From Candidatus Fibrimonadaceae bacterium (lineage in GTDB: Bacteria; Fibrobacterota; Fibrobacteria; Fibrobacterales; Fibrobacteraceae): a stretch of 64,000 nucleotides of DNA. The translations under genes and the position numbers were made by a program. Where the stretch lies: NCBI GenBank assembly GCA_031281345.1, contig JAITFN010000076.1:5725-69724 (forward strand), given 5' to 3'. Below the pieces are notes generated by a model that saw nothing but the letters and a program-made list of their open reading frames with translations, did not search any database and was not told where the DNA came from. Below, one piece after another: positions 31,790-40,441 of the stretch. Position 1 is the first letter of the stretch. The number at the start of each line of letters is the position of its first letter.

Positions 31790-32569
31790 ATGAACGCTCA
31801 CCCGCTGCATACATATCTCATGGCTCAAGGCGAACTGGGCGGTTTTGAGGTGATATTACCGTCTGAACCCCGATTCGCCCAATTACCAGAAAAGCAAGAA
31901 CGACCATCTACAGATGCTTTACCAAATGTCTGTTATACTTATTTTACCGATTCGCCCGATTTAGAAAAACCAGTTTTGGAGGTTAAGCCAAAACCTGTTT
32001 TGGAGGTTGTGCAGAAGCCCATTTTGGAAGTTGCAAAGCAAAATGATGATTCTTTGTGGAAACAAACAAGTAATCTTAATGATTTTTATGAGGCTTTGAA
32101 GGGACATTCTGTATATACTAAGGGTATGCGTCTATTAAGTTTTTGTGTTCCTGAAATAAAAACAGATGTGCCTTATTTTTTGGTTTTTAATTCGCCACTG
32201 GAATTAACGGCAGAGGCAAAGGATATTTTGGGGAGGTTGTTCAAGAAACTTGAAATAGATTTGAATAAATGCTCCGTATCTTTCTTTTTAAAATGCGAAG
32301 ATACTGCTTTGCCAAGGGAAAAAAATGTTTTAAAAGAAATGCTCTGCAAAGAAATAGAATTGGTGAATCCAGAGAAAATAATTTTCTTTAGAGAAGCACC
32401 CAAGCCAGAAAAAATTGAAACTCCCCCGCCAATAAATGGAAACGTCATAACATTTGCTGGCAAACCCGCCATAACACTATATTCTCTTTTGGAAATTCTC
32501 CCCGGAAAACCAAATGTCAAGGAAAAAATGAGCGAGGTTTTGAGTATAAGCCAAGCTTTTATTCCATAA
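31790..32569 (+). CDS. Hypothetical protein
   Basis: ORF 31778-32569 (TTG). The ATG at 31790 follows the upstream stop by 1 nt. Internal repeat KPVLEVKPKPVLEVVQKPILEV. No confident family. Confidence 0.45.
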   Translation: MNAHPLHTYLMAQGELGGFEVILPSEPRFAQLPEKQERPSTDALPNVCYTYFTDSPDLEKPVLEVKPKPVLEVVQKPILEVAKQNDDSLWKQTSNLNDFYEALKGHSVYTKGMRLLSFCVPEIKTDVPYFLVFNSPLELTAEAKDILGRLFKKLEIDLNKCSVSFFLKCEDTALPREKNVLKEMLCKEIELVNPEKIIFFREAPKPEKIETPPPINGNVITFAGKPAITLYSLLEILPGKPNVKEKMSEVLSISQAFIP

Positions 32570-34592
32570 CGCAGCTAAAATCTCCGCAGTCCATCACGCA
32601 ACGAACAGAGAGTCCCATTGACTTGGAATATTCGGAATGATATATGCCATCTAGGTCTGAACTCATATATTTGTATTTGCCATAAGGACCACTCACATCA
32701 CTTGTCCACCAATATCCTTTTTCTCCGCTTTCTGCAAAACCCTGGGATTTGGTAAAACCACCCGGCAATGCAGAAAAACCATAACTATCTTCCCCATTCC
32801 ACTGTTTTGATTTAAGTTTTTTAGCCGCAAAAACGTTGCCCGAACTCTCTATCAAATTCACCCAATCATTGTGGCTAGATAAACGCCAAGGAGAGGGACA
32901 CGCTGTTTGAGCTATATCCCAATCGTAAAGCCTCCCGTATTTATTGCAATTTTCTGGTTTATTTTCATAACAAAAACTGCCTTTCGCATTGTAACTTAAA
33001 TTCTCTGTCATCCACATTATGTTGCCAACTTTAATCACGTTGTACTGTTTGTTATTGCGAGTATCTGTGAATATTTTGCTGATTTTTTTAACTGGAGGGT
33101 TTTGTATGCAAAGAACCGATAGACCCGCAGATCTATCTTTCAATGTACTGGAAAAACCTCCCGAAGGCGATAAAGTCCGAGCCTGAGCAGAGCCTGTAGC
33201 TTCAAATATTGTGGATGTCCACCACAAACCATTTTCTTCTAAATTGAGCCAGCGACCTATTTTTTCACCTCTTCTCTGCTGCTCCAAAGTATATTCGTGC
33301 GCATCGTTGTCGCGAAAACCTCCTTTCAAAGCAGAAACAGCAGCAGCAGCAAGGCCTTTACCCGCCGATTTTTCCAATTCATTCCACTCCCAGTCGCTAG
33401 GCAAATGCCAACCGTTAGGGCATACTTTAGACGCAGTGTTCCAGTCGTATAAACGCCCATATTTTTTGCAATAAAAATCATCATCTTCAAAACACCAAGA
33501 ATTACCTATGCTTGTTTTGTAATTCATATTTTCTGCCATCCAAACTTTATTGCCTATTTTGGCTGTTTTGTATTGACTTACATCGTTTGTTTTGCCTGTT
33601 TTAGGGATATTCTGAACACAGCGAACCGAATAGCCAATGGATTTATTTGTGATTTTTTCGTCTATGTTATTTTCGTTTGCCTTAATATGCCAAGTATATG
33701 CATCGTTAATCCCATACTCTGCTATGCCCCACCAATTTCCAGATTTTTCTTTATCCAAGAATTTGTATTCATCTGCAGACACCGCATGGCTATATTCACC
33801 GCTTAAACTTCCTCCGAGCATAGCGGAAAACTCCTCCATTGATACCTCGCTCCATTCGCGCCGCGTGGGTAAATGCCAACCGCTGGGGCACGCTTTAATT
33901 GCGGTGTTCCAGTCGTATAAACGCCCATACATATTGCAATTGTAATCATCATTTTCGTAGCACCAAGATTTTCCGGTTTTATAGTTTAAATTTTCTGCCA
34001 TCCATAACCCAGAGCCTATTTTAACGGTATTGTAGAATCTTATATCATTTTTCTTTTCACTTGGTTTAGCTTTGATATTCTGAATGCAACGAACAGCTAA
34101 ATTAGCGGAGTTAACATCATTTAATTTATTTATGCCTCCAAAACCGGAATTTACAACCACATAGTAAATCACAGAGTCTGGACTGCTACTGGTGACCGCC
34201 CACCATTTGCCTTGAGTGCCCAATCCGATTCTCGCTTTGAGTTTGGGATCCATTTCGCTTAATTCTTTTTTTAAATCTTCCCAAGCGCTTTTGCTAGGCA
34301 AACGCCAACCAGCTGGGCAAGCCTTTTGCACGGAATCAAAATTGAAAAGTCTGTTCTTTTTGTAATTTAAATCCTCTGCCATCCAAACCCGCCCGCCTAA
34401 TTTTAGGGTTTTATATTTCTTTTTTTCGCGGAAATCTGTGAATGTGCCTTTAATATCGTTTAGGTTAATTTGAATCTCTTTAGCGCTTTTAGCATTTTTA
34501 TCATCTTTAGCTGGTTTAATATTTTTTGGTGCATTCTTTTGAGCAAATGCAAGGCAGACAAAGAACAAGAATAAAAAGGTAATTTTTTTCAT
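32559..34592 (-). CDS. Secreted protein with four FISUMP domains
   Basis: ORF 32559-34613. The ATG at 34592 gives MKKITFLFLFFVCLAFAQ. There are four W-MAENLNY...YGRLYDW..A...CP.GW.LPS...SV.C.Q units. Confidence 0.85.
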   Translation of the reverse strand: MKKITFLFLFFVCLAFAQKNAPKNIKPAKDDKNAKSAKEIQINLNDIKGTFTDFREKKKYKTLKLGGRVWMAEDLNYKKNRLFNFDSVQKACPAGWRLPSKSAWEDLKKELSEMDPKLKARIGLGTQGKWWAVTSSSPDSVIYYVVVNSGFGGINKLNDVNSANLAVRCIQNIKAKPSEKKNDIRFYNTVKIGSGLWMAENLNYKTGKSWCYENDDYNCNMYGRLYDWNTAIKACPSGWHLPTRREWSEVSMEEFSAMLGGSLSGEYSHAVSADEYKFLDKEKSGNWWGIAEYGINDAYTWHIKANENNIDEKITNKSIGYSVRCVQNIPKTGKTNDVSQYKTAKIGNKVWMAENMNYKTSIGNSWCFEDDDFYCKKYGRLYDWNTASKVCPNGWHLPSDWEWNELEKSAGKGLAAAAVSALKGGFRDNDAHEYTLEQQRRGEKIGRWLNLEENGLWWTSTIFEATGSAQARTLSPSGGFSSTLKDRSAGLSVLCIQNPPVKKISKIFTDTRNNKQYNVIKVGNIMWMTENLSYNAKGSFCYENKPENCNKYGRLYDWDIAQTACPSPWRLSSHNDWVNLIESSGNVFAAKKLKSKQWNGEDSYGFSALPGGFTKSQGFAESGEKGYWWTSDVSGPYGKYKYMSSDLDGIYHSEYSKSMGLSVRCVMDCGDFSCVME

Positions 34593-34600
34593 TTTAGTGG

Positions 34601-34894
34601 CTAGGGTGTCCATTTATCCCTTGATGTATGCCAAAAAGCATCTATCATTACTACATCTTCATTTCCTAAATTCTCTATGTGATAAAATATCCTATATCGC
34701 TTATGTACAACAAGAGTTCTATATTCTGGAACATCCTCGTAAATACGACCTAGCAATGGCTGTTTACTTAAAATATCTATATATTTCAATATTTTTTCTT
34801 CCATTTTCGCCGCACTGTTTGGAGAAATAGCAGCAATATATCCCAAACCCTCTATAAATTCAGAAACTGCTCCATTGGTCCACTGGATTTTCAA
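34601..34894 (-). CDS. ParE/RelE-family type II toxin
   Basis: 97 aa with a TTG start. The sequence IQWTNGAVSEFIEGLGYIAAISPNSAAKMEEKILKYIDILSKQPLLGRIYEDVPEYRTLVVHKRYRIFYHIEN...VVMIDAFWHTSRD fits the ParE pattern. Confidence 0.7.
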   Translation of the reverse strand: MKIQWTNGAVSEFIEGLGYIAAISPNSAAKMEEKILKYIDILSKQPLLGRIYEDVPEYRTLVVHKRYRIFYHIENLGNEDVVMIDAFWHTSRDKWTP

Positions 34895-35067
34895 ATAATA
34901 CCTCTCATACGCTTTAAATTTTCGTGACTCAATAGTTTTCCTTCTGAAATTTCTCGTTCAGCAATGGATAATCTTTTACGAATTGTTAATCGTTCTATTT
35001 CAGAATCTACAGAATGCAAAGCAACTCTTTTATTTTTAGCTTTCTCTAAAACAACTGTTTTTAACAT
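34891..35067 (-). CDS. Putative cognate antitoxin (58 aa)
   Basis: The ORF is below the track cutoff: MLKTVVLEKAKNKRVALHSVDSEIERLTIRKRLSIAEREISEGKLLSHENLKRMRGII. Its stop overlaps the toxin start. Confidence 0.5.
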   Translation of the reverse strand: MLKTVVLEKAKNKRVALHSVDSEIERLTIRKRLSIAEREISEGKLLSHENLKRMRGII

Positions 35068-35111
35068 AACACACCTCTCATATAAATATACAAAAAACTC
35101 CCCTCACCCCT

Positions 35112-35138
35112 CTAAAACAAAAACCCCCTTGCGGGGGC
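35112..35138 (-). terminator. Rho-independent terminator (bidirectional appearance)
   Basis: Stem CCCCC (35124-35128), loop TTGC, stem GGGGG (35133-35137). A-run 35114-35123 gives a T-run on the minus strand, 21 nt after the stop of 35159-36634. The plus side is also T-rich. Confidence 0.55.
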
Positions 35139-35158
35139 TATTTTATCTTTTTTATTTT

Positions 35159-36634
35159 TTAATATGAAATTTTACAAGTCACGTCTGCCGTAGTTATATT
35201 AAAGGTACCAGTACCAGAACCTGATGTAATACCTAAAGAAATAGGCTCGGTTTGAGTTTGCCACCCTCCTATTATTATATTAGTAGCAGAGCCACCAGAT
35301 GGCGTATAAGTTCCAATATTTCTATCACCAGCCTGACCGGGTTTTATATAGCATCTGAAAGTGGTTGCCCCACTTACAGTGAAACTTACTTGATAACTAC
35401 CCACAGGAAAAGGTGTTTCCGTAGTATTTATGGTAGTTGGATTACCACTAGCACTTGAACTGCTCGGTGCAACAGAGCTACTGCTCGGAATAGAACTGCT
35501 GCTCGGCACAACAGAGCTGCTGCTCGGTGCAACAGAACTGCTGCTCGGCGTAGCTGGTGCTGGAATGGTTATATTGCTGCAACTAATGCTGCTACCGCTA
35601 ACACCTGTAGCGGTTCCGCAAGTTGCACCTGTCACTGACACGGTAATACCTGTGTAACTCCCTGCAGACGCCCACGCATTGCTGGCAATAGGTGCTCTCG
35701 GAGTTCCACTCCACGTAACAGTTCCTGCTGTAGGAGCAGTATTATTATTGCTACATCTCAAATACGCTCTACCATTATTGGCAGCCGCGGTTCCAGTTGT
35801 AGGTATTGGGCTTGGCCATACGCAAGTGAGCGTTACCGCTACAGAACTGCTGCTCGCTGCCGCACTAGAGCTACTTGCCCTGCTTGAACTACTTACTGCC
35901 GCACTAGAGCTACTTGCCCTGCTTGAACTGCTTACTGCCGCACTAGAACTGCTCACTGCCGCGCTAGAGCTACTTGCCCTACTTGAACTGCTTACTGCCG
36001 CACTAGAGCTGCTCACTGCCGCAACAACTGTAAGAGTGCCGCAATCAGCTTTTAATCCTTGACACGCATTTGCATTTTCATCTACTTCAACTTGAATGGA
36101 ATATGCTCCCACTGCCGGACTCCGCTCATCAAGCTTAGGTTCAGTGGACCAAGTAAAATCATCATCAGCATCTAAAGGAATATCAACGTTTGGGCTGCTT
36201 TTTGCTACACATTTTACCTTAGTTATCTTAGATATATCAAGCCGCACTTTTTCAGTTCCCGTACCAGTAATTTCGCAAGTGAGATTGTATAAAGATGCAC
36301 CACCAGAAGAACTACCTTGGTTAGCACCCGAGGAGTTGCCGCCTACATTTGAGCTAGAAGAACCACTTGCGTTTCCACTGCTTGAACCGCCTTTTGCGCT
36401 AGAAGAACTTACAGGTTTGGATGAACTAGATCGAACCATTGTTACTGAAGACATAAAGTCTTCATTTTTCATATTATTCTTTAGGAATGTTTTGGAACTC
36501 TCTATGGTATTATGATTATCAAAGTCTCCAATATCGTCTGGAATGCCTTTGCCACAAGCAATTATTATAACAACTGTCGCTAGTGCCGTTAAAGCAAGCG
36601 ACATTAAATTAATGAGTTTAAACTTTTTCATCAT
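35159..36634 (-). CDS. Serine-rich surface lipoprotein with three Cys-containing beta-type domains
   Basis: ORF 35159-36670. The likely start MMKKFKLINLMSLALTALATVVIIIAC has a lipobox. Three ~90-aa domains are separated by S-rich linkers (AAVSSSSRASSSS repeats, VAPSSSS repeats). Confidence 0.7.
   Translation of the reverse strand: MMKKFKLINLMSLALTALATVVIIIACGKGIPDDIGDFDNHNTIESSKTFLKNNMKNEDFMSSVTMVRSSSSKPVSSSSAKGGSSSGNASGSSSSNVGGNSSGANQGSSSGGASLYNLTCEITGTGTEKVRLDISKITKVKCVAKSSPNVDIPLDADDDFTWSTEPKLDERSPAVGAYSIQVEVDENANACQGLKADCGTLTVVAAVSSSSAAVSSSSRASSSSAAVSSSSAAVSSSSRASSSSAAVSSSSRASSSSAAASSSSVAVTLTCVWPSPIPTTGTAAANNGRAYLRCSNNNTAPTAGTVTWSGTPRAPIASNAWASAGSYTGITVSVTGATCGTATGVSGSSISCSNITIPAPATPSSSSVAPSSSSVVPSSSSIPSSSSVAPSSSSASGNPTTINTTETPFPVGSYQVSFTVSGATTFRCYIKPGQAGDRNIGTYTPSGGSATNIIIGGWQTQTEPISLGITSGSGTGTFNITTADVTCKISY
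35452..35550. repeat. Coding tandem repeat (about 24-nt period; (V/I)(A/V)PSSSS linker)
   Basis: gaactgctgctcgg(t/c)(g/a)caacaga-type units repeat about 4 times on the plus strand. Confidence 0.65.
35843..36024. repeat. Coding tandem repeat (AAVSSSSRASSSS linker)
   Basis: gctacttgccctgcttgaact(a/g)cttactgccgcactagag units are reiterated about 3.5 times. Confidence 0.7.
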
Positions 36635-36673
36635 AATAATAATATACATTTTTTTACAAATAAATGACATTCC

Positions 36674-38734
36674 CTAATCAAAAAAACCGCTTTGCAAACT
36701 CAAAAAAATGCGATTTTCGCCTTTTTTAGTGATATTTGCGTGATTCCCAAGAGAGTATATCTGGTTGTATCCAAGCACAAAATCAAAAGTCTGCATTTTA
36801 AGCCTGATTTTTGGCTCTGCAAAAAGCCTTTTTGTTCCCATTTCGCTCCACGGATTTGGTTCTCCGTCTTTTGCAAAACCACCTACCAAAAATATGCCGC
36901 TCCCCTGCCATTGCAAAGAAAGACCCGCATGCACAAGCCCGTATAAATGCGAAGAATTATTTGGGGTTTGCCACTCTTCCATATAACTGCCCATTCCCAT
37001 AGCAAAGCGGTAGCGATTCCCTAGGGCAGGGTCTGGGTGAAAGTAACTAAGCCCGTAAAGTTTGTTTGGCATAACAATTTTTCCTTTATCTGTTCTGCGG
37101 AAATTCGCACCGAATTCCGTTCCTGTGCTTATGGATATGTATTCGCTCAGCAGCCCTGTAATTGAGAGAATGCCTTGGCTAGAAACATAAAGCGGAGCCT
37201 CTTGGTCAATGCTATGCACAGAAACAGCCTTGAAACCACCCATTAGCTGCGCCATAAAACCCTCTTTTGCAAACCATCTGTTATACCCTTCACTTTGCCA
37301 AAGCCATTTAGCATAAGGGAACATAGAACTCACACTTACAGGCTCGTACTCAAAACCTATTGGCTTAGGCTCCTCGTCATCATCTTCAAAAGCATCTTTA
37401 TCGTAAATAGGACGGCCCGAAGCACCGCTTGTTATATCTCTGCGTTCAAGTTCAACAGCAATTTGCAAACGGTCTTTTTCAATGCCAAGAACTATTCTGC
37501 TTCCGTTTTCTTTTAGCAACCTCATATCTATATAATCAATTTGCTTTTGAAAAAAAGAAGTTGGTTCGTACTCATAAAATTTCGCCTTTGCAAAAAAATC
37601 ACCACTCTCCATAAAAAATCGCTCAAAGCGCAAATTTGGCTCAATGCCTTTAACTCCCTGCCCGTAAAAAGCTGTGAAATTCAAATTGTAGCCAAATTGG
37701 TTCACAAAACGAAAATTGGCATTTGCCGCAACATTTGTACCAAAAAGCGTTCCGCCAAAACCTATAAGCGATAGCGATAAATGCGGGCTGCTCTCCGAAT
37801 TTATTTGCAACAAAGAACCTGTATCCAAAACTAAATTCACTCCCCTATAAGAACCATCTTCTTGCAAATTTCTCAAAAAATTACGAACCCCAAGAATGCC
37901 TGTATCGCTAGGGTTCCAAAAACTTTTCAAATGCTCCTGAATTTCGGCAGGAATGCTGTCAAAAACGGGAAAGTAAAGAAAGCGTGGCGGTGGAGGCGAG
38001 AGTTGATAGTTAAGAGCCCAAAGCCCAGAGCTTTGGGTGATTTGAGCTAGGCGGGAGCGGCGAGCTTGAACAGCTTGAACTCCAGTTTCAAAAAGGGAAT
38101 CGGGATTTGGTTTTGAGTGGGGGCGAAAAATTATCAACGTGGAATCTTCGCGCCACAATTTTTGCTGGTAGCGTTCCTCTGCCGAGCCATTTGTATCTCT
38201 TAGGGCTATAGAAGTGGAGAAAATTCTAACAGGTGCATCTTGTTCTCTACGAACCACCGGAGGAAAAGGATAGTTCTCTGTGCTATCTATTTTGCGAAAG
38301 GGTACTTTGGAACCTATATCAGAACGCCAAAGGCTTTCTTGAACTCTCAAATCAAAAAAAACTTGCCCGAAATACGGTTTTCTTTCGTCAAGTTCAACTA
38401 AAAAAGGAGAGCCGTCTTCTTTGTGCTTTATAAGCCATTCTTTATGCCACAAAGCAACTTTTTTAGGTTGTTCTGCCTTTGGTAGAGAGTCCCAAGATTT
38501 AATTAACTCCCTTATTTGCGCCGAACTCCAGCCCGCACTCCACAAAGCCCCCGTGAAAGCACCCCAATCACTACCTACAACTGTATCTATTGGTATTTGA
38601 AATCTCTCTATTTCGCTCAAAACCCCCAAATGATATTCAATAGAGGAATAATCTCCATTCATATATATAACCGCAGCATTTGTATGAAAAAACAAAACAG
38701 CGGTGAATAAAATGATACGAGGTATTTTAAGCAT
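36674..38734 (-). CDS. Patatin-like domain (degenerate catalytic motifs) fused to a large beta-barrel-like C-terminal region
   Basis: ORF 36674-38749. The ATG at 38734 gives signal peptide MLKIPRIILFTAVLFFHTNA. The N-terminus IYMNGDYSSIEYHLGVLSEIERFQIPIDTVVGSDWGAFTGALWSAGWSSAQIRE aligns by eye with patatin [40 protein letters not shown]. Confidence 0.55.
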   Translation of the reverse strand: MLKIPRIILFTAVLFFHTNAAVIYMNGDYSSIEYHLGVLSEIERFQIPIDTVVGSDWGAFTGALWSAGWSSAQIRELIKSWDSLPKAEQPKKVALWHKEWLIKHKEDGSPFLVELDERKPYFGQVFFDLRVQESLWRSDIGSKVPFRKIDSTENYPFPPVVRREQDAPVRIFSTSIALRDTNGSAEERYQQKLWREDSTLIIFRPHSKPNPDSLFETGVQAVQARRSRLAQITQSSGLWALNYQLSPPPPRFLYFPVFDSIPAEIQEHLKSFWNPSDTGILGVRNFLRNLQEDGSYRGVNLVLDTGSLLQINSESSPHLSLSLIGFGGTLFGTNVAANANFRFVNQFGYNLNFTAFYGQGVKGIEPNLRFERFFMESGDFFAKAKFYEYEPTSFFQKQIDYIDMRLLKENGSRIVLGIEKDRLQIAVELERRDITSGASGRPIYDKDAFEDDDEEPKPIGFEYEPVSVSSMFPYAKWLWQSEGYNRWFAKEGFMAQLMGGFKAVSVHSIDQEAPLYVSSQGILSITGLLSEYISISTGTEFGANFRRTDKGKIVMPNKLYGLSYFHPDPALGNRYRFAMGMGSYMEEWQTPNNSSHLYGLVHAGLSLQWQGSGIFLVGGFAKDGEPNPWSEMGTKRLFAEPKIRLKMQTFDFVLGYNQIYSLGNHANITKKGENRIFLSLQSGFFD

Positions 38735-38736
38735 AT

Positions 38737-39600
38737 TTAAAAGATACAAATTTCTGGTTCAAGCACAATGCCGTGTTTTTTTTTCACCTCCTGAACTATT
38801 TTCTCCATAAGTGCTTTTACATCGCTTGCTGTTGCATTTCCCCTATTTACAATAAAATTCGCATGAAGCTCAGAAACCTCTGCATCTCCTACCCTGCACC
38901 CTTTAAGTCCACAAGAATCTATCAAATAGCCCGCAGATAGATTGCTACCAGAGAGTGGCAAATTGCTGGTTGGATTTTTGAATACGGAACCAGCGTTTGG
39001 ATATTTCAAAGGTTGCTTTTCGCGCCGCCAAGTCAAAACTTCCTTTCTGTTACTTTTTATAGCTTCTTTTGGCATTGGAGTAAAATCAAATTCAGCAGAG
39101 ACGATAATTTCGTCTAACATTCTGAATGCGCTGTTTCTATAAGAAAATTTACATTCTTCATTTGTTCTTGTAACTATTTCACCATAAGTTGTAACAGAAA
39201 CAACGCTTTTTATGCAATCAGAAATTTGCTGCCCGTGTGCACCGGCATTCATAAAAATAGCACCGCCAATGGTTCCGGGTATGCCTTCAAGTTTTTCTAT
39301 TCCGCCTAAGCCTTTGTTTGCGGCAGCTTGAATAACATCGTGCAGGGATTTTCCTGCTTCCAAATTTTTCCCTATTTTAATAACCAAACCGTCATAACCA
39401 TTGTCGCTAAAAAGGACATTGCTTCCATTGCCCAAAATGAAAAATTTTTCGTTATTTTTTTTGCAAAACATCAACAACTCCCTAATTTCAGCGATTGATT
39501 TAGGTTCAGCAAAAAACTTTGCAGGGCCGCCAATTTTAAAGGTGCTGTATTTTTTTAATGAGACATTTTGAGAAATCAATGCAAACCTCCGGCAAACCAT
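38737..39600 (-). CDS. murB: UDP-N-acetylenolpyruvoylglucosamine reductase
   Basis: Motifs SLKKYSTFKIGGPAKFFAEP, ILGNGSNVLFSDNGYDGLVIKIG, GIPGTIGGAIFMNAGAHG, GSVFKNP. The start is uncertain (39600 or 39633). Either start overlaps the coaE 3' end. Confidence 0.8.
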   Translation of the reverse strand: MVCRRFALISQNVSLKKYSTFKIGGPAKFFAEPKSIAEIRELLMFCKKNNEKFFILGNGSNVLFSDNGYDGLVIKIGKNLEAGKSLHDVIQAAANKGLGGIEKLEGIPGTIGGAIFMNAGAHGQQISDCIKSVVSVTTYGEIVTRTNEECKFSYRNSAFRMLDEIIVSAEFDFTPMPKEAIKSNRKEVLTWRREKQPLKYPNAGSVFKNPTSNLPLSGSNLSAGYLIDSCGLKGCRVGDAEVSELHANFIVNRGNATASDVKALMEKIVQEVKKKHGIVLEPEICIF

Positions 39601-40093
39601 TATTATCAATATAAACCATATCCCATGTCCCATGTCCCATATCTTTTTGCATCTTCATTCTCCTTTCAATATCGCTCTGGCTCATTCCTTTTTTCAATAG
39701 GCGTTCTCTTCTTATGTTTTCAGCCGCCTCTACTACCCAAACTTCTCGCATTTTTTTTGCAAAATCTTGCCATTTATATAAAACGGCAGCTTCTATAAAG
39801 GGCGGGTTTCTCTTTTCAATTTCACGCTGCAAAAGTGGGTGAACAATACTCTCCAAAAGACAAAGTTTTTGCTCATCATTAAAAACAATTTGCGAAATAT
39901 AAGAGCGATTCACTCCATTTTCCAGAATAGCCTCATCTCCAAACTCCTCTGCAATTTTTTTTCGCAAATCCGCATTTTCCCTGTAAAGCTCATGGGCAAG
40001 GGAATCGGCATCCAAAACCTCAAACCCCGCCTCCCTAACAACAGATGCCACAAGAGATTTCCCAGAACCTATTAAACCTGTGATGGCTAGCAT
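39536..40093 (-). CDS. coaE: Dephospho-CoA kinase
   Basis: MLAITGLIGSGKSLVASVVREAGFEVLDADSLAHELY (P-loop at the N-terminus). The ORF extends to 40126, but the ATG at 40093 gives the canonical start. Confidence 0.8.
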   Translation of the reverse strand: MLAITGLIGSGKSLVASVVREAGFEVLDADSLAHELYRENADLRKKIAEEFGDEAILENGVNRSYISQIVFNDEQKLCLLESIVHPLLQREIEKRNPPFIEAAVLYKWQDFAKKMREVWVVEAAENIRRERLLKKGMSQSDIERRMKMQKDMGHGTWDMVYIDNNGLPEVCIDFSKCLIKKIQHL

Positions 40094-40441
40094 TGAAGGG
40101 AATTTAGAAATTTCTACATTATACATCTAATATGGCTTCCATATCTAAACCTTATCCCTCAGGGTCGCAGTGACGTTGCAGTTAGCAACGTCGTTTCTTA
40201 ATCTCATAAATAAATATATAATTTTACAAAACAGAGATCGAATTTTTTGGAATTCTAAAAATTTTCCCGAAAAAACAAAAGAACGCCCATATTATAAAAG
40301 CTTTACCAAGTCTTCGGGCATACTTATTCGCAATTTTTATTGTCTGACCCAGACGCCCATTCGCTACTTACTCGCTGGCGAACAGCCAAAGGCTGGTTAT
40401 TTTCAGAATTTCAATTTTCAACCCTTAAAACGGAGGTACCA

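Noticed and set aside
40172-40192. Perfect 8-bp hairpin GACGTTGC-AGTTA-GCAACGTC in the coaE / FISUMP divergent intergenic region
   Set aside because: No upstream gene on the plus strand needs a terminator here, and there is no U-tract on the minus strand. It could be a regulatory or operator palindrome, but nothing else in the sequence supports a specific call.
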